From NCBI GenBank assembly GCA_021769225.1, contig JAETTH010000001.1, positions 7,449 to 71,448 on the forward strand: DNA of 64,000 nt, given 5' to 3'. The translations under genes were made by a program, and so were the position numbers. Under the pieces are notes generated by a model. It had not been told where the DNA came from. It saw nothing but the letters and a program-made list of their open reading frames with translations, and ran no database searches. Of this stretch, positions 1 to 9,127 are shown in pieces (positions within the stretch are counted from its first letter, which is position 1; every line of letters starts with the position of its first letter). This stretch comes from Erysipelotrichaceae bacterium (lineage in GTDB: Bacteria > Bacillota > Clostridia > TANB77 > CAG-508).

Positions 1-1438
1 CATATTTTGATTTATATTCTTGTCCTGCTATAGTTAATTTGTTTCCTCCAACACTTAATACTTGGTTTCTTGTTTCTGCCATACTATCAAAATCACAAAG
101 TACAATATATTCATCATCTTTTAGTTCATATTGATCCATTCCATATAATTGGGCTAATTTATTATAATCTGATATTTTCACAATTTCTTCTGGTGTACCA
201 TAAGCAAGCATTGGATATTGTGATTTTATTTTATCATAATATTCTCCAAAGAAATCTTTCCATGTAAAATCATTGTTTACATATATTGGTATCTCTACAA
301 TATCTTTTAATACATTCATATCAAGTCCATTATTTTTTAAAGTTTCCTTTATTGTTATTCTTGAATCTTCTATTTGCTCTTTTGTATATATAATTTCTTT
401 TCCAGATTTATTAGTATATTTTTCTGGTAAATTAGCTGTTTTATATAAATTTATATCTACTGGTGTCATGTCGATTAAATCTTTTTGCATTGTATTTCTT
501 AGTGATAATGCTGAAGATAAAATTGAAATTGTCATAAATAGCATTAAACATATAATACTCATACTTGCAACTGTTGTGTTAATCTTATTATTAATTTGTC
601 TTAACACAAACATATTAGTATCTTTCAAATATGTTTTTTTCATTGATTGAACTATTCTAATGATAAACCCTGATAAAGACCAGAATACTAAAACAGTTCC
701 TACTATTCCCATTAAAATAGGTTGTAATAATTTGTCTAGTGTATCTAGTGTTCCTACACCTAAAGTTACTTGCCAATAAGCATAACCTAATAGGCATACT
801 GATACGATAAATACTAAAATACAAATAACTGGATTTTTCATTTTTATTTGTTCGTTTTTCTTTGTAGCATTTAATAGATTGATTAATTTGTATCTTGAAA
901 TTGTAAAAGTATTAAATATCATTACTGCTACATACATTACTGCAAAATAGATACAAGTTTTTATGCAGGCATCTTTTGAAAATACAAATTGGAATTCACT
1001 CATATCTGCTGCAAACATCTTGGCTACTAATATAGACATAAATTGTGATGCAAATACACCAATAATTAGTCCTACAGCAAGGGAAATGATTCCTACAAAA
1101 ATTGTTTCTAGTAATATAATTTTTGATATTTGTCTTTTCCCCATTCCTAAGGTCATGTAAATTCCAAATTCTTTTTTTCTTCTGTTAATTAAGAAATTAT
1201 TGGCATATACAATTAGTATACCTAATATAAAAGCTACAAATACAGACACTATTCCTAGCATATCTATCATAAGTTTAATTAATTCTCTTTGTGATTGTGA
1301 TACTTGTATCATTGCTTGCTGACTATCTATTGAATTGAACATATAAAAAATTGCTACACCTAATACTAAAGTTATAAAATAGATTGCATAGTCCTTAAAG
1401 CTCTTTTTCATATTTTCAAATGATAACTTAAATAACAT
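1..1438 (-). CDS. BceB-type (FtsX-family) ABC transporter permease, 5' portion; 3' end lies beyond window start
   Basis: Not in the ORF track because it runs off the window. My translation from ATG at 1438 (MLFKLSFENMKKSFKDYAIYFITLVLG...) stays open to position 1. Topology is TM1, short loop, TM2-4 FtsX block (RRKKEFGIYMTLGMGKRQI), TM5-7, then a large extracellular domain, as in BceB. The start overlaps the stop of the upstream ATPase. Confidence 0.8.
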   Translation of the reverse strand, partial: MLFKLSFENMKKSFKDYAIYFITLVLGVAIFYMFNSIDSQQAMIQVSQSQRELIKLMIDMLGIVSVFVAFILGILIVYANNFLINRRKKEFGIYMTLGMGKRQISKIILLETIFVGIISLAVGLIIGVFASQFMSILVAKMFAADMSEFQFVFSKDACIKTCIYFAVMYVAVMIFNTFTISRYKLINLLNATKKNEQIKMKNPVICILVFIVSVCLLGYAYWQVTLGVGTLDTLDKLLQPILMGIVGTVLVFWSLSGFIIRIVQSMKKTYLKDTNMFVLRQINNKINTTVASMSIICLMLFMTISILSSALSLRNTMQKDLIDMTPVDINLYKTANLPEKYTNKSGKEIIYTKEQIEDSRITIKETLKNNGLDMNVLKDIVEIPIYVNNDFTWKDFFGEYYDKIKSQYPMLAYGTPEEIVKISDYNKLAQLYGMDQYELKDDEYIVLCDFDSMAETRNQVLSVGGNKLTIAGQEYKSKY

Positions 1439-2195
1439 CGTTTAAGTCACCTCCAAGAAGTGTCTGGACTTCAATTATCTTTTCGAAGAATTGTTTTCTA
1501 GAATCGTTTCCTTTTATTAGTTCATTAAATATTTTTCCATCTTTGATAAAGATGATTCTATCTGCATAAGAGGCTGTAAAAGCATCGTGTGTTACCATTA
1601 GAATTGTGCTGTTTAGTTTTTGGTTTAAGTATTCAAATGTTTCTAATAGTTGTCTTGCTGATTTGGAATCTAGTGCCCCAGTTGGCTCATCTGCTAATAT
1701 TAATTTTGGATTAGTAATAATGGCTCTTGCTGATGCAATTCTTTGTTTTTGTCCACCAGATACTTGATAAGGATATTTATTTAATATTTCTGTAATTTCT
1801 AACTTTTCTGCTACTTCTTTTACTCTTTTATCAATTTCTTTTGGTTTTACTTTTTGAATTGTTAAGGCTAAAGCTATATTTTCATAGCCCGTTAATGTGT
1901 CTAATAAATTGAAATCTTGAAAAATAAATCCCAATTCCTCTCTTCTAAATTTATTTAAGTCATTACCTCTTAGTTTTGTGATGTCTTGGCCATTAATAAT
2001 GATTTGCCCTGCTGTAACTCTATCTATGGTAGAAATACAATTTAACAATGTTGTCTTACCGCTTCCACTTGCTCCCATAATTCCTACGAACTCTCCATTT
2101 TTTATTTGAAAGCTAATATTGTCAATTGCTTTTGTTAAATTTGATTTGTTTCCATAGTATTTCTCAATGTTTTTAACTTCTAATACATTACTCAT
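1428..2195 (-). CDS. ABC transporter ATP-binding protein (BceA/MacB-like)
   Basis: Walker A GASGSGKTT, signature SGGQKQR, Walker [14 protein letters not shown]-loop VTHD. GGAGAAAA ribosome-binding site upstream of the ATG. Confidence 0.92.
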   Translation of the reverse strand: MSNVLEVKNIEKYYGNKSNLTKAIDNISFQIKNGEFVGIMGASGSGKTTLLNCISTIDRVTAGQIIINGQDITKLRGNDLNKFRREELGFIFQDFNLLDTLTGYENIALALTIQKVKPKEIDKRVKEVAEKLEITEILNKYPYQVSGGQKQRIASARAIITNPKLILADEPTGALDSKSARQLLETFEYLNQKLNSTILMVTHDAFTASYADRIIFIKDGKIFNELIKGNDSRKQFFEKIIEVQTLLGGDLNDVI

Positions 2196-2273
2196 AATTA
2201 ATTTTCTCCTTTCTTTATAGGTTTATTATAATCTCTTTTTGATTTACTTGCCATCGAACTTAGTGACATTTTC

Positions 2274-2289
2274 CTTACAGTTTTGTCAC
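2274..2289 (-). promoter_or_regulatory. BceR-box-like inverted repeat upstream of the ABC transporter genes
   Basis: Minus strand reads GTGACA-AAAC-TGTAAG (TGACA-N4-TGTAA). An identical 16-mer recurs at 4119-4134. A TATAAT -10 lies downstream (minus strand GATTATAATAAAC, about 2225-2237). Confidence 0.6.
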
Positions 2290-2325
2290 TTTTTTTAAAT
2301 GTCTTTCAAACTTTGTTTAAATTCT

Positions 2326-2359
2326 AATAAAAAATAAGTTCATTGTGGTATGAACTTAT
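2326..2359 (-). terminator. Rho-independent terminator after the histidine kinase gene
   Basis: 9-bp stem ATAAGTTCA/TGAACTTAT (2334-2342 with 2351-2359), 8-nt loop, followed on the minus strand by TTTTTATTA. Confidence 0.7.
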
Positions 2360-2393
2360 TTGTGTTTTATGTTATTTTATCTTATTTTTATAT

Positions 2394-3407
2394 TTACATT
2401 GCAATATAGCTATTTTTAGGAAAAACAATCCTTACTTCTGTTCCCCTGTCTTTTTGCGAATTTAGTTCAATTGCTAATCTTAATTTATCACATAGCTTTT
2501 TACATAAATAAAGTCCAATTCCAGTAGATTTTTTTTCAATGATTCTACCATTTTCTCCTGTAAATCCTTTCTCAAATACTCGAGTAATTTCTCCTTTTTT
2601 GATTCCAATTCCATTGTCCTTGATATATAAAATTACTTTATCTTTTTTCTCTTGTGCATATATCTCTATTTTTCTGTCTTCTTTTTTTGCATATTTAATT
2701 GCATTTTGTATAATTTGATTTAGGATAAATATAGTCCATTTGCTATCTGTATAAACTTCTTTTTCTAAATCATGAAGTTCTAGATTAATTTTACTAGTAA
2801 TTAGAAGATTTTTATTTTTTAATATGGTTGTATTTACAATTTCTTTTAAGTTTGCTTTTGCAATGATATAGTCTTTTTCTACATTATTACTCCTAGCATA
2901 AAATAAAGCCTGCTCTATATAATTTTCTATTTTTTCTAGTTCTTCTTCTATACTACTTGTCACTTTGTTTCTATTGTTTTCTATTACCATTTTACTTGCA
3001 GCTATTGGTAATTTTATTTCATGAATCCATAGTTCGATATATTCTTTGTAATCTTCTTGCAGATGCTTATATTGATTTACATTTTCTAGCATAGACTTTC
3101 CCACATCCTGCATTACTTCTGTTAATATTTTACCTTCTATAAAATCAGGTGCATCTATAAGTTCGGAAATTAGATACTTCTGATCTAATTCTTGCATTTT
3201 TTGTTTTAGATTACAATAAAAATTTTTCTTAGTATTATATTCAATTAGAATAGCAATGATGGTTACTACAATCGGTGAAATCAATACATATATTCTAATT
3301 CCCATACTAATTTCATAGGTCATTAAAAATATTTCAATTGTTATCAATACTAAAATTAGGAGACATATTAATAACATTTTATCTTTTAAAAAACTACTCC
3401 ATTTCAT
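2394..3407 (-). CDS. Intramembrane-sensing histidine kinase (BceS-like)
   Basis: Two N-terminal TM helices with almost no extracellular loop. H-box region HEIKLPIAA. HATPase motifs NAIKYA, DNGIGI, GIGLYLCKKL. Overlaps the response regulator stop by 4 nt. Confidence 0.88.
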   Translation of the reverse strand: MKWSSFLKDKMLLICLLILVLITIEIFLMTYEISMGIRIYVLISPIVVTIIAILIEYNTKKNFYCNLKQKMQELDQKYLISELIDAPDFIEGKILTEVMQDVGKSMLENVNQYKHLQEDYKEYIELWIHEIKLPIAASKMVIENNRNKVTSSIEEELEKIENYIEQALFYARSNNVEKDYIIAKANLKEIVNTTILKNKNLLITSKINLELHDLEKEVYTDSKWTIFILNQIIQNAIKYAKKEDRKIEIYAQEKKDKVILYIKDNGIGIKKGEITRVFEKGFTGENGRIIEKKSTGIGLYLCKKLCDKLRLAIELNSQKDRGTEVRIVFPKNSYIAM

Positions 3408-4075
3408 TTTAATAGATACCCCTGTCCTCTTTTTGTTTCAATTAAATCTTGCAGATTTAATTCTTCTAATTTACTTCTTAGTCTTTTCATATTAACTGTT
3501 AATGTATTGTCATCAATAAAGCTTTCGCTTTCCCATAAATAGTTTATTATCTCTTCTCTTGATACAATTTTCCCTCTATTTATTACTAAAAAATGTAGAA
3601 TTTTTAATTCGTTTTTTGTCAATTCTACTTTTGCTTCTTTCCCTTCTAATGTACTTTGAGAAATGTTTAAAATAAATTCCTTGCAATCAATTTTATCCAG
3701 ATTTGCTACTGTATTTTGACTTCTTTTAAGTAGTCCTGTAATTTTGGCAAGTAAGATTTGTATGTTATATGGTTTTGTTACATATTGATCAGCACCATAA
3801 TTTAAGCTCATTAGTTCGTCTATTTCATTATCCCTACTTGTTACCATGATAATGGGTACATTGGATGTTTTTCTGATCTCTTTGCAAATATATTCTCCAT
3901 CTGTATATGGTAAATTAATGTCTAATAAGATTAAATCTGCTTTTTCTTTTAGGATATCTTCTACAGCATGATCAAATTTCTCTAGTCCCTTTGTTTCAAA
4001 TCCGTTTTTATTTAAAAAGATTTCTAATTCTGATCGTAATTTTACATCATCTTCTATAATTAATATTTTTTGCAT
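3404..4075 (-). CDS. OmpR-family response regulator (BceR-like)
   Basis: Receiver domain MQKILIIEDD...LLDINLP plus a winged-helix C-terminus (TVNMKRLRSKLE, RGQGY). I place the start at ATG 4075, preceded by GGAGGAG, not at the ORF-track start 4168. Confidence 0.9.
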   Translation of the reverse strand: MQKILIIEDDVKLRSELEIFLNKNGFETKGLEKFDHAVEDILKEKADLILLDINLPYTDGEYICKEIRKTSNVPIIMVTSRDNEIDELMSLNYGADQYVTKPYNIQILLAKITGLLKRSQNTVANLDKIDCKEFILNISQSTLEGKEAKVELTKNELKILHFLVINRGKIVSREEIINYLWESESFIDDNTLTVNMKRLRSKLEELNLQDLIETKRGQGYLLK

Positions 4076-4118
4076 TTTCTCCTCCATTATTATTATATCA
4101 CATATTTTATAAAAGAAT

Positions 4119-4134
4119 CTTACAGTTTTGTCAC
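4119..4134 (-). promoter_or_regulatory. Second BceR-box-like repeat, upstream of the response regulator/kinase operon
   Basis: Same 16-mer as 2274-2289 (plus strand CTTACAGTTTTGTCAC). Sits just upstream of a -10 (minus strand GATATAATA, about 4092-4100). Confidence 0.55.
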
Positions 4135-4141
4135 ATTTAAA

Positions 4142-4172
4142 AATAATGGCACTTAAACTAAGTGCCATTATT
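4142..4172. terminator. Strong hairpin insulating the Bce module from the upstream operon
   Basis: 14-bp perfect stem AATAATGGCACTTA/TAAGTGCCATTATT with a 3-nt loop and T/A runs on both sides. Confidence 0.65.
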
Positions 4173-4468
4173 TTTAATTTTCTATTGTCTTTTGCTGATT
4201 TCTCCTTTTATTGCCTTATTATTTTCTAATAGCCAATAATCTGTTATTCCTACAACACCTTAAGGGAATTATTGCTAACACAGGCATTACAATACAACTA
4301 GCAAGAGTAACTACTCCCCTAAAGCCTGTTCTTATTTGGGGTCTTGTTTTGTTTTATATTGCTGATGTAGTTACTTGTGTTGACATTTCTTCTAGTGGTG
4401 TCTTTTCATGATATGAGATAACTTTCTGCTCACTTTTATTTCCCTTTAAATCTTTTTTAAAAGTTCGT

Positions 4469-5146
4469 TTATATATCTTTTTTACTATAAATCTTACAGG
4501 ATAATTGATAAGATAAAAAGTACATTAAAAATATAACTGCTATTGCTATAAACATTCCAAAGTTCTTTATTATTTCTAGTATCCCATTAGTATCAAATTG
4601 TAGATTAAATCCATATTTTGTTAGAAGAAAAATACCTCCACCTATTAATCCACTAACTAATATAATTAATACAAACATTTGGATTCTTCCCTTTTCTGCA
4701 CCCCATTTATATACACTTGGAATTTGGATACACTCTACTAAACTAATTCCAAAGATTCCTCCTACTAACATACTCATAATAGATAAAGGTTCTATCCTTT
4801 CTTGAGATACGATATAGTTAATTGCGATTGTAGCAATTATTGAAATAATAGCACCTATTAGGATCATTATAATACTCAATAAATATTTTGCTTTTACCAG
4901 TTCTTTTTTATTTGTTGGTAATGCTAAAAGATATTTATCTGCTTTTGATAATTCATCATAGCTAAATGTAGATAATCCTATCATCCCTAACATTGTCATC
5001 AACATAATTGGTAAAAAATTTAATGTTTCTTTACTTGACATCCCTAATCCTAAAAAAATAATTACTATAACGAAAAGAGAAAATTTATAATGACTTAGAT
5101 TTAATAAATCTTTTATTATTAATCCTTTTATACTTTTATTTTTCAT
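4469..5146 (-). CDS. ABC-2 type transporter permease (6 TM membrane protein)
   Basis: 225-aa polytopic hydrophobic protein. Start overlaps the upstream ABC ATPase stop. Operon position matches YtrA-type GntR/ABC cassettes. Confidence 0.75.
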   Translation of the reverse strand: MKNKSIKGLIIKDLLNLSHYKFSLFVIVIIFLGLGMSSKETLNFLPIMLMTMLGMIGLSTFSYDELSKADKYLLALPTNKKELVKAKYLLSIIMILIGAIISIIATIAINYIVSQERIEPLSIMSMLVGGIFGISLVECIQIPSVYKWGAEKGRIQMFVLIILVSGLIGGGIFLLTKYGFNLQFDTNGILEIIKNFGMFIAIAVIFLMYFLSYQLSCKIYSKKDI

Positions 5147-6005
5147 TTACTTTTTCCCCCTTTATATAAATTAACATGATATCTTCTATTGTAGGTTTAT
5201 CGATAATTGTAATATTATATTTCTTTTTAAATTCAAATTTATTTTCTACTAAGATATCGTATTCATATTTATTTTTCTTGTATTTTAGAAAATCTTTTTT
5301 ATCTATTTTTTTAAACTCTTCTTCAGAACATTTTACAATTCCGTAATTCTCTAATAATTCATCTTTTGTTTTTGTCAATACAATTTCTCCTTCATTGATA
5401 AAAGTAATATAATCTGCAATATGTTCTAAGTCTGATGTAATATGACTTGATACTAGGATAGAGTTTTCTTCGTCTTGTATAAATTCTTGAAAAATATCTA
5501 ATATTTCATTTCTGGCTACGGGATCTAATCCGGATGTTGGTTCATCTAATATTAATAATTTGGGATGATGTGAAAGTGCTACTGCGATTTTTAGTTTCAT
5601 TTTCATACCACTTGAAAAGTCTTTTGACATTTTCTTTTTTGGTAATTTAAAGTCTTCTATATATTTGAAATATAATTTTTCGTCCCAATTTTGATAAAAG
5701 TTTTTCATAATTTTGTTGATGTCAATGGCATTTAGGTATTCTGATAAAAAGCTATCATCTAACACAACTCCTATTTTTTCTTTTACTTTCTTTTCTTCTT
5801 TCTTGTTATCTAATCCAAATATTTTAATTTCTCCACTGTTTGTATTGATGATGTTTAAAATTGCTTTTATTGTAGTAGATTTTCCTGCTCCATTTTCTCC
5901 TATTAATCCCATTATGGTTCCTTTTGGTAATTTAAAATTAATATTTTTTAATTCAAATCCACTATATTTTTTATTTAAGTTTTTAATTTCTAATACATTT
6001 TCCAT
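5136..6005 (-). CDS. ABC transporter ATP-binding protein
   Basis: Walker A GENGAGKST, signature SSGMKMKL, Walker B LLILDEPTSGLD. Start set at ATG 6005 (MENVLEIKNL), preceded by GAGGAGG. Confidence 0.9.
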   Translation of the reverse strand: MENVLEIKNLNKKYSGFELKNINFKLPKGTIMGLIGENGAGKSTTIKAILNIINTNSGEIKIFGLDNKKEEKKVKEKIGVVLDDSFLSEYLNAIDINKIMKNFYQNWDEKLYFKYIEDFKLPKKKMSKDFSSGMKMKLKIAVALSHHPKLLILDEPTSGLDPVARNEILDIFQEFIQDEENSILVSSHITSDLEHIADYITFINEGEIVLTKTKDELLENYGIVKCSEEEFKKIDKKDFLKYKKNKYEYDILVENKFEFKKKYNITIIDKPTIEDIMLIYIKGEKVNEK

Positions 6006-6009
6006 TTGT

Positions 6010-6384
6010 TTAATCCTCCTCATATAAAATATCTAACATGTCTTGTATTTCTTCTTTCGAAATATTACTAATTCTGGCAATAGATACTGCTGTGTCTATT
6101 AGACTCTCTATTTTTTGTAATTGTTCTTCTCTTATGAGCTCAATATTTTTATCTGCTACATAGGTTCCTTTGCTTGGAATTGTTTCTATATAGCCTTCTT
6201 TTTCTAGCTCTTCATAAGCATTTTTAGTTGTAATGACACTTATTCTTAAATCTTTTGCTAGACTTCTTATGGATGGTAACAGTTCTCCTGTCTTCAGCTC
6301 ATTTGATACAATTTTATTTTTGATTTGTTCTTTGATTTGTTCATATATTGGGGTGTTACTTGAATTACTTATTATAATATTCAT
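6010..6384 (-). CDS. GntR-family transcriptional regulator, YtrA subfamily
   Basis: Short GntR with a winged HTH (PIYEQIKEQIK...LPSIRSLAKDLRISVITTKNAYEELEKEG) and a short C-terminal helical tail. Start at ATG 6384 (MNIII), preceded by AAAGGAGAAAC. Confidence 0.88.
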   Translation of the reverse strand: MNIIISNSSNTPIYEQIKEQIKNKIVSNELKTGELLPSIRSLAKDLRISVITTKNAYEELEKEGYIETIPSKGTYVADKNIELIREEQLQKIESLIDTAVSIARISNISKEEIQDMLDILYEED

Positions 6385-6403
6385 AGTTTCTCCTTTCATC
6401 GTA

Positions 6404-6439
6404 TATATACAGTATATACAGTTAATATAAAAAAGTCAA
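6404..6439 (-). promoter_or_regulatory. Promoter (TTGACT-17-TATACT) with overlapping palindromic/tandem operator
   Basis: Minus strand: -35 TTGACT (6434-6439), 17-nt spacer, -10 TATACT (6411-6416). The 15-bp palindrome TATATAC-A-GTATATA (6404-6418) is also a tandem 9-mer TATATACAG x2 (6404-6421). Confidence 0.6.
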
Positions 6440-6516
6440 TATCTTTAAGAAAAATTTAAAACTTTCATAAATTTAATTTATCTCATTTTGGGTCAAATAT
6501 TATACATGCTTCTATT

Positions 6517-6564
6517 AAAAAAGCTGTGAAGACAAGAGGTTTCTTGTTTTTACAGCTTTTTTAA
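6517..6564 (-). terminator. Rho-independent terminator after the anti-sigma gene
   Basis: Long stem AAGCTGT..GACAAGA / TCTTGT..ACAGCTT, followed on the minus strand by TTTTTT. Confidence 0.7.
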
Positions 6565-6569
6565 TATAT

Positions 6570-7328
6570 TTATTTCATTGAATTTACAATTTCTATCATC
6601 GTACTAGCTTCTACATGTCCTGTTAATGTATATCGAATTCCATTTGCCACAAATATTGCACATATTTGATTTTTTCCTAATGATTTACTTTCTAATAAGT
6701 TTATCGTATAGCCATCTTTTGAAATGAATGTGTTTAGATAATGAAAAGTCCCTAAATATTCTGTATCAAAAGGTTGCTGACTATTATCCGAGATAATTTC
6801 TATCTTTAGATCGATTGGTGTTTGGTATTCTATGCCTGAATCCCAAGAATAATAAGAATATTCTTCTTGATATACTAGATTAGTTAAATCTCCTACAATG
6901 TATGCTCCAATATCAATACAGTTATAACCTTTCCCTATTTTTGTATATTTTATTAAGTGATAGTGATTATTCTCTAATTTGCTTGATAAAAATTTAACCC
7001 CTAGTTCATTTTCAAGCTCTTGCATATCATTATATTCTTTGCTTATAATCCCATCTTTTATTTGAGCATCTTCTATATCGTTTACTTTTATTATACTCAT
7101 GCTATCAAGTTGAGGAATTTCTTTATGATTTACTTTCATGGTAAATATTTGAGATACTGCATAGACTGTTGAAAATGAAATCACGCAAACAAGTATAATT
7201 GGTAATACTAAAGCATAATTTTTTGTTCTTATACTCTTTTTTCCCTTCTTTATATTGTGAATAACTTCACTAGATAAATTCATATCAGATAACTCTGTAT
7301 CAATTTGTTTTCTTATTTTATTTGTCAT
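6570..7328 (-). CDS. Putative anti-sigma factor (single-pass membrane protein, DUF4179-like)
   Basis: Overlaps the stop of the upstream ECF sigma gene by 4 nt. Short cytoplasmic N-terminus, one TM helix (YALVLPIILVCVISFSTVYAV), extracytoplasmic domain. Confidence 0.55.
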   Translation of the reverse strand: MTNKIRKQIDTELSDMNLSSEVIHNIKKGKKSIRTKNYALVLPIILVCVISFSTVYAVSQIFTMKVNHKEIPQLDSMSIIKVNDIEDAQIKDGIISKEYNDMQELENELGVKFLSSKLENNHYHLIKYTKIGKGYNCIDIGAYIVGDLTNLVYQEEYSYYSWDSGIEYQTPIDLKIEIISDNSQQPFDTEYLGTFHYLNTFISKDGYTINLLESKSLGKNQICAIFVANGIRYTLTGHVEASTMIEIVNSMK

Positions 7329-7807
7329 CTCTTTTCCATCCTTTCTTTTAATTGTTGCCTTGCTCTTTTTAAGAGTTGTTGTATATTGGATTCTTTTTTC
7401 CCTAATGCTGATGCAATCTCTTTTATACTTAATTCTTGATAATAATATAATAATAATACTTCTTTGTATTTTTCTTTTAACTCACAGATATATTGGATAG
7501 TATTATCCTCTTCCAGTTCTATTTGCGTAGTTTTACTTTTCATTTCTGCTTCTTCATAAAATACTATCTTTTTAAACCATTGCCCCCTTAATTGATTTTT
7601 GCATTGATTCATTGCTATCTTTAGAATCCATGCTTTTTCAGCTTCTTTATTTCTTAAAGTATGATATTTTTGTATTACTTGTATCAAAGTATCCTGAACT
7701 ACATCTTCTGCTAAATCATAATCATTTAAGATTAAATAACTCATACGAAGTAATCTATTGCCATACAAGTTTATGATTCTATTTATTTCTTTCTCATTTG
7801 TCAGCAT
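7325..7807 (-). CDS. ECF-type RNA polymerase sigma-70 family factor
   Basis: Region 2 (LAEDVVQDTLIQVIQ) and region 4 HTH (ELSIKEIASALGKKESNIQQLLKRARQQLK). Start set at ATG 7807, preceded by GGGAGGTGAAAAAAC. Confidence 0.88.
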   Translation of the reverse strand: MLTNEKEINRIINLYGNRLLRMSYLILNDYDLAEDVVQDTLIQVIQKYHTLRNKEAEKAWILKIAMNQCKNQLRGQWFKKIVFYEEAEMKSKTTQIELEEDNTIQYICELKEKYKEVLLLYYYQELSIKEIASALGKKESNIQQLLKRARQQLKERMEKR

Positions 7808-7867
7808 TAGTTTTTTCACCTCCCTAATAGTAAGACACAACAATTTTTAAAAAAATGACATTTTAAG

Positions 7868-7900
7868 AAAAAAAGATTAGATTTTAATCTAATCTTTATA
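7868..7900 (-). terminator. Rho-independent terminator after the GNAT gene
   Basis: Stem AAGATTAGATT/AATCTAATCTT, followed on the minus strand by TTTTTTTCTT. Confidence 0.7.
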
Positions 7901-7914
7901 TATCAAGCTCTATT

Positions 7915-8655
7915 TTATTTATATAATTTTTCTATCATATTCTTATTTAATAATGTGTTAGATACAAATTTACCGTCTTTAAAAACAGCCCAATTATTAA
8001 AGATACAAGGAACATTTTTAGCTTTTTCTAATGTATCTATTTTAATGATATTAATAGGAACATTATGTCCTTTACTATATTCTAATGCTTCTTTTATTCC
8101 ATTTGCTGTAAATGGACATTGAGGAGTATAATAAATTGTCAAGTCTGTATTATCTATTTTCATATTCCTAGCATTTTTGTTAAATTTAGGGTCTGTTCCA
8201 TTAAATGATAGTGATAATAATTCATAATCTCCTATTGTATCTACTACTTTAAATCCGTACTTAACAAAAAATGCTTTTTCTGATATAAATGGCTTTTTCT
8301 TTTTTGATGTAATCGTACAAATTCCACTTTTACCTTTATTTCTACTATCTTCTATTGCATATTCTAACAACTCTTTCCCATAGCCTTTTTCCTTAAAACT
8401 TCCTGATACCCATAGACAATAGATATACATGAAATTATCTCCACTTACAGGTGTCCATGAAGTTTCTAAGGGTGCATATTCAATAAATACTTTCCCTCTT
8501 ACATTTAGTTTTCTAAAAATATGTCCTTCTTGGAATCTTTCTTTTAACCATTGTTTTTTATTATCCACTCCATCTTGATGCTTTGGATCTCCAATAGCAC
8601 AACATATATGTTCATCATCTAAATTATTTAACGTTAAGTTGATATATTCGTTCAT
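7915..8655 (-). CDS. GNAT N-acetyltransferase with C-terminal YoaP-like (thioredoxin-like) domain
   Basis: N-terminal GNAT core (LWVSGSFKEKGYGKELLEYAI). C-terminal TIYYTPQCPF...NNWAVFKDGKF segment typical of YoaP-family proteins. Confidence 0.75.
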   Translation of the reverse strand: MNEYINLTLNNLDDEHICCAIGDPKHQDGVDNKKQWLKERFQEGHIFRKLNVRGKVFIEYAPLETSWTPVSGDNFMYIYCLWVSGSFKEKGYGKELLEYAIEDSRNKGKSGICTITSKKKKPFISEKAFFVKYGFKVVDTIGDYELLSLSFNGTDPKFNKNARNMKIDNTDLTIYYTPQCPFTANGIKEALEYSKGHNVPINIIKIDTLEKAKNVPCIFNNWAVFKDGKFVSNTLLNKNMIEKLYK

Positions 8656-8682
8656 TTACTTTTTTCTCCTTTATTGAATTAT

Positions 8683-9102
8683 TTAAAACCAATTTACTTT
8701 ATCGTCTTTAAATTGTGGTGTTTGGCTATTTTGATATGGATTGTAATTATTTATATTACAACCAAATTCTTTCAAAAATAGTATTTTATTATCTGTTGTC
8801 CATTTTATAAGTGAAATGCCGTCAAATTCTTCAACTCTACCATCATTCATTTTATTTTTAAAATGCCATTCTACAATAGTCTGAGTGTCTTTATGAAAAT
8901 ATTGCTTAATATCCCATGCTAAAACTTTTCCACGACTATTCCATTCATTGAACCAATGTTTTACAGTTTTGCGATTTTCATATTTTGGACTCCAACTTTC
9001 TATATATGTTACATCTTCTGTAAATATATTGTCTATTCCTAAATCTTTTTGTTGTAACCACATATCAAACCATAACTTAATTATTTTTTCTCTTTCTTCC
9101 AT
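8683..9102 (-). CDS. NTF2/SnoaL-like fold protein
   Basis: About 139 aa. LWFDMWL...ESWSP...W...FDGISLIKW pattern of SnoaL-like/NTF2 proteins. Start set at ATG 9102, because the ORF-track N-terminus lies inside the upstream hairpin. Confidence 0.6.
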   Translation of the reverse strand: MEEREKIIKLWFDMWLQQKDLGIDNIFTEDVTYIESWSPKYENRKTVKHWFNEWNSRGKVLAWDIKQYFHKDTQTIVEWHFKNKMNDGRVEEFDGISLIKWTTDNKILFLKEFGCNINNYNPYQNSQTPQFKDDKVNWF

Positions 9103-9127
9103 TTCACACCTCTGCAAATTATAAGTT

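Noticed and set aside
4211-4411. 66-codon plus-strand ORF with a TTG start.
   Set aside because: It has no SD sequence, its composition is implausible, and it is on the opposite strand to all neighbours. It is kept only as part of the unexplained-region note.
5713-6027. Other plus-strand ORFs of 60-110 codons listed in the track (for example 273-650, 5713-6027, 17120-17380, 38583-38873, 43007-43309, 50303-50816, 59804-61159).
   Set aside because: All lie antisense to well-supported minus-strand genes and lack ribosome-binding sites. They encode Phe/Leu/Ile/Ser-rich low-complexity products typical of shadow ORFs.
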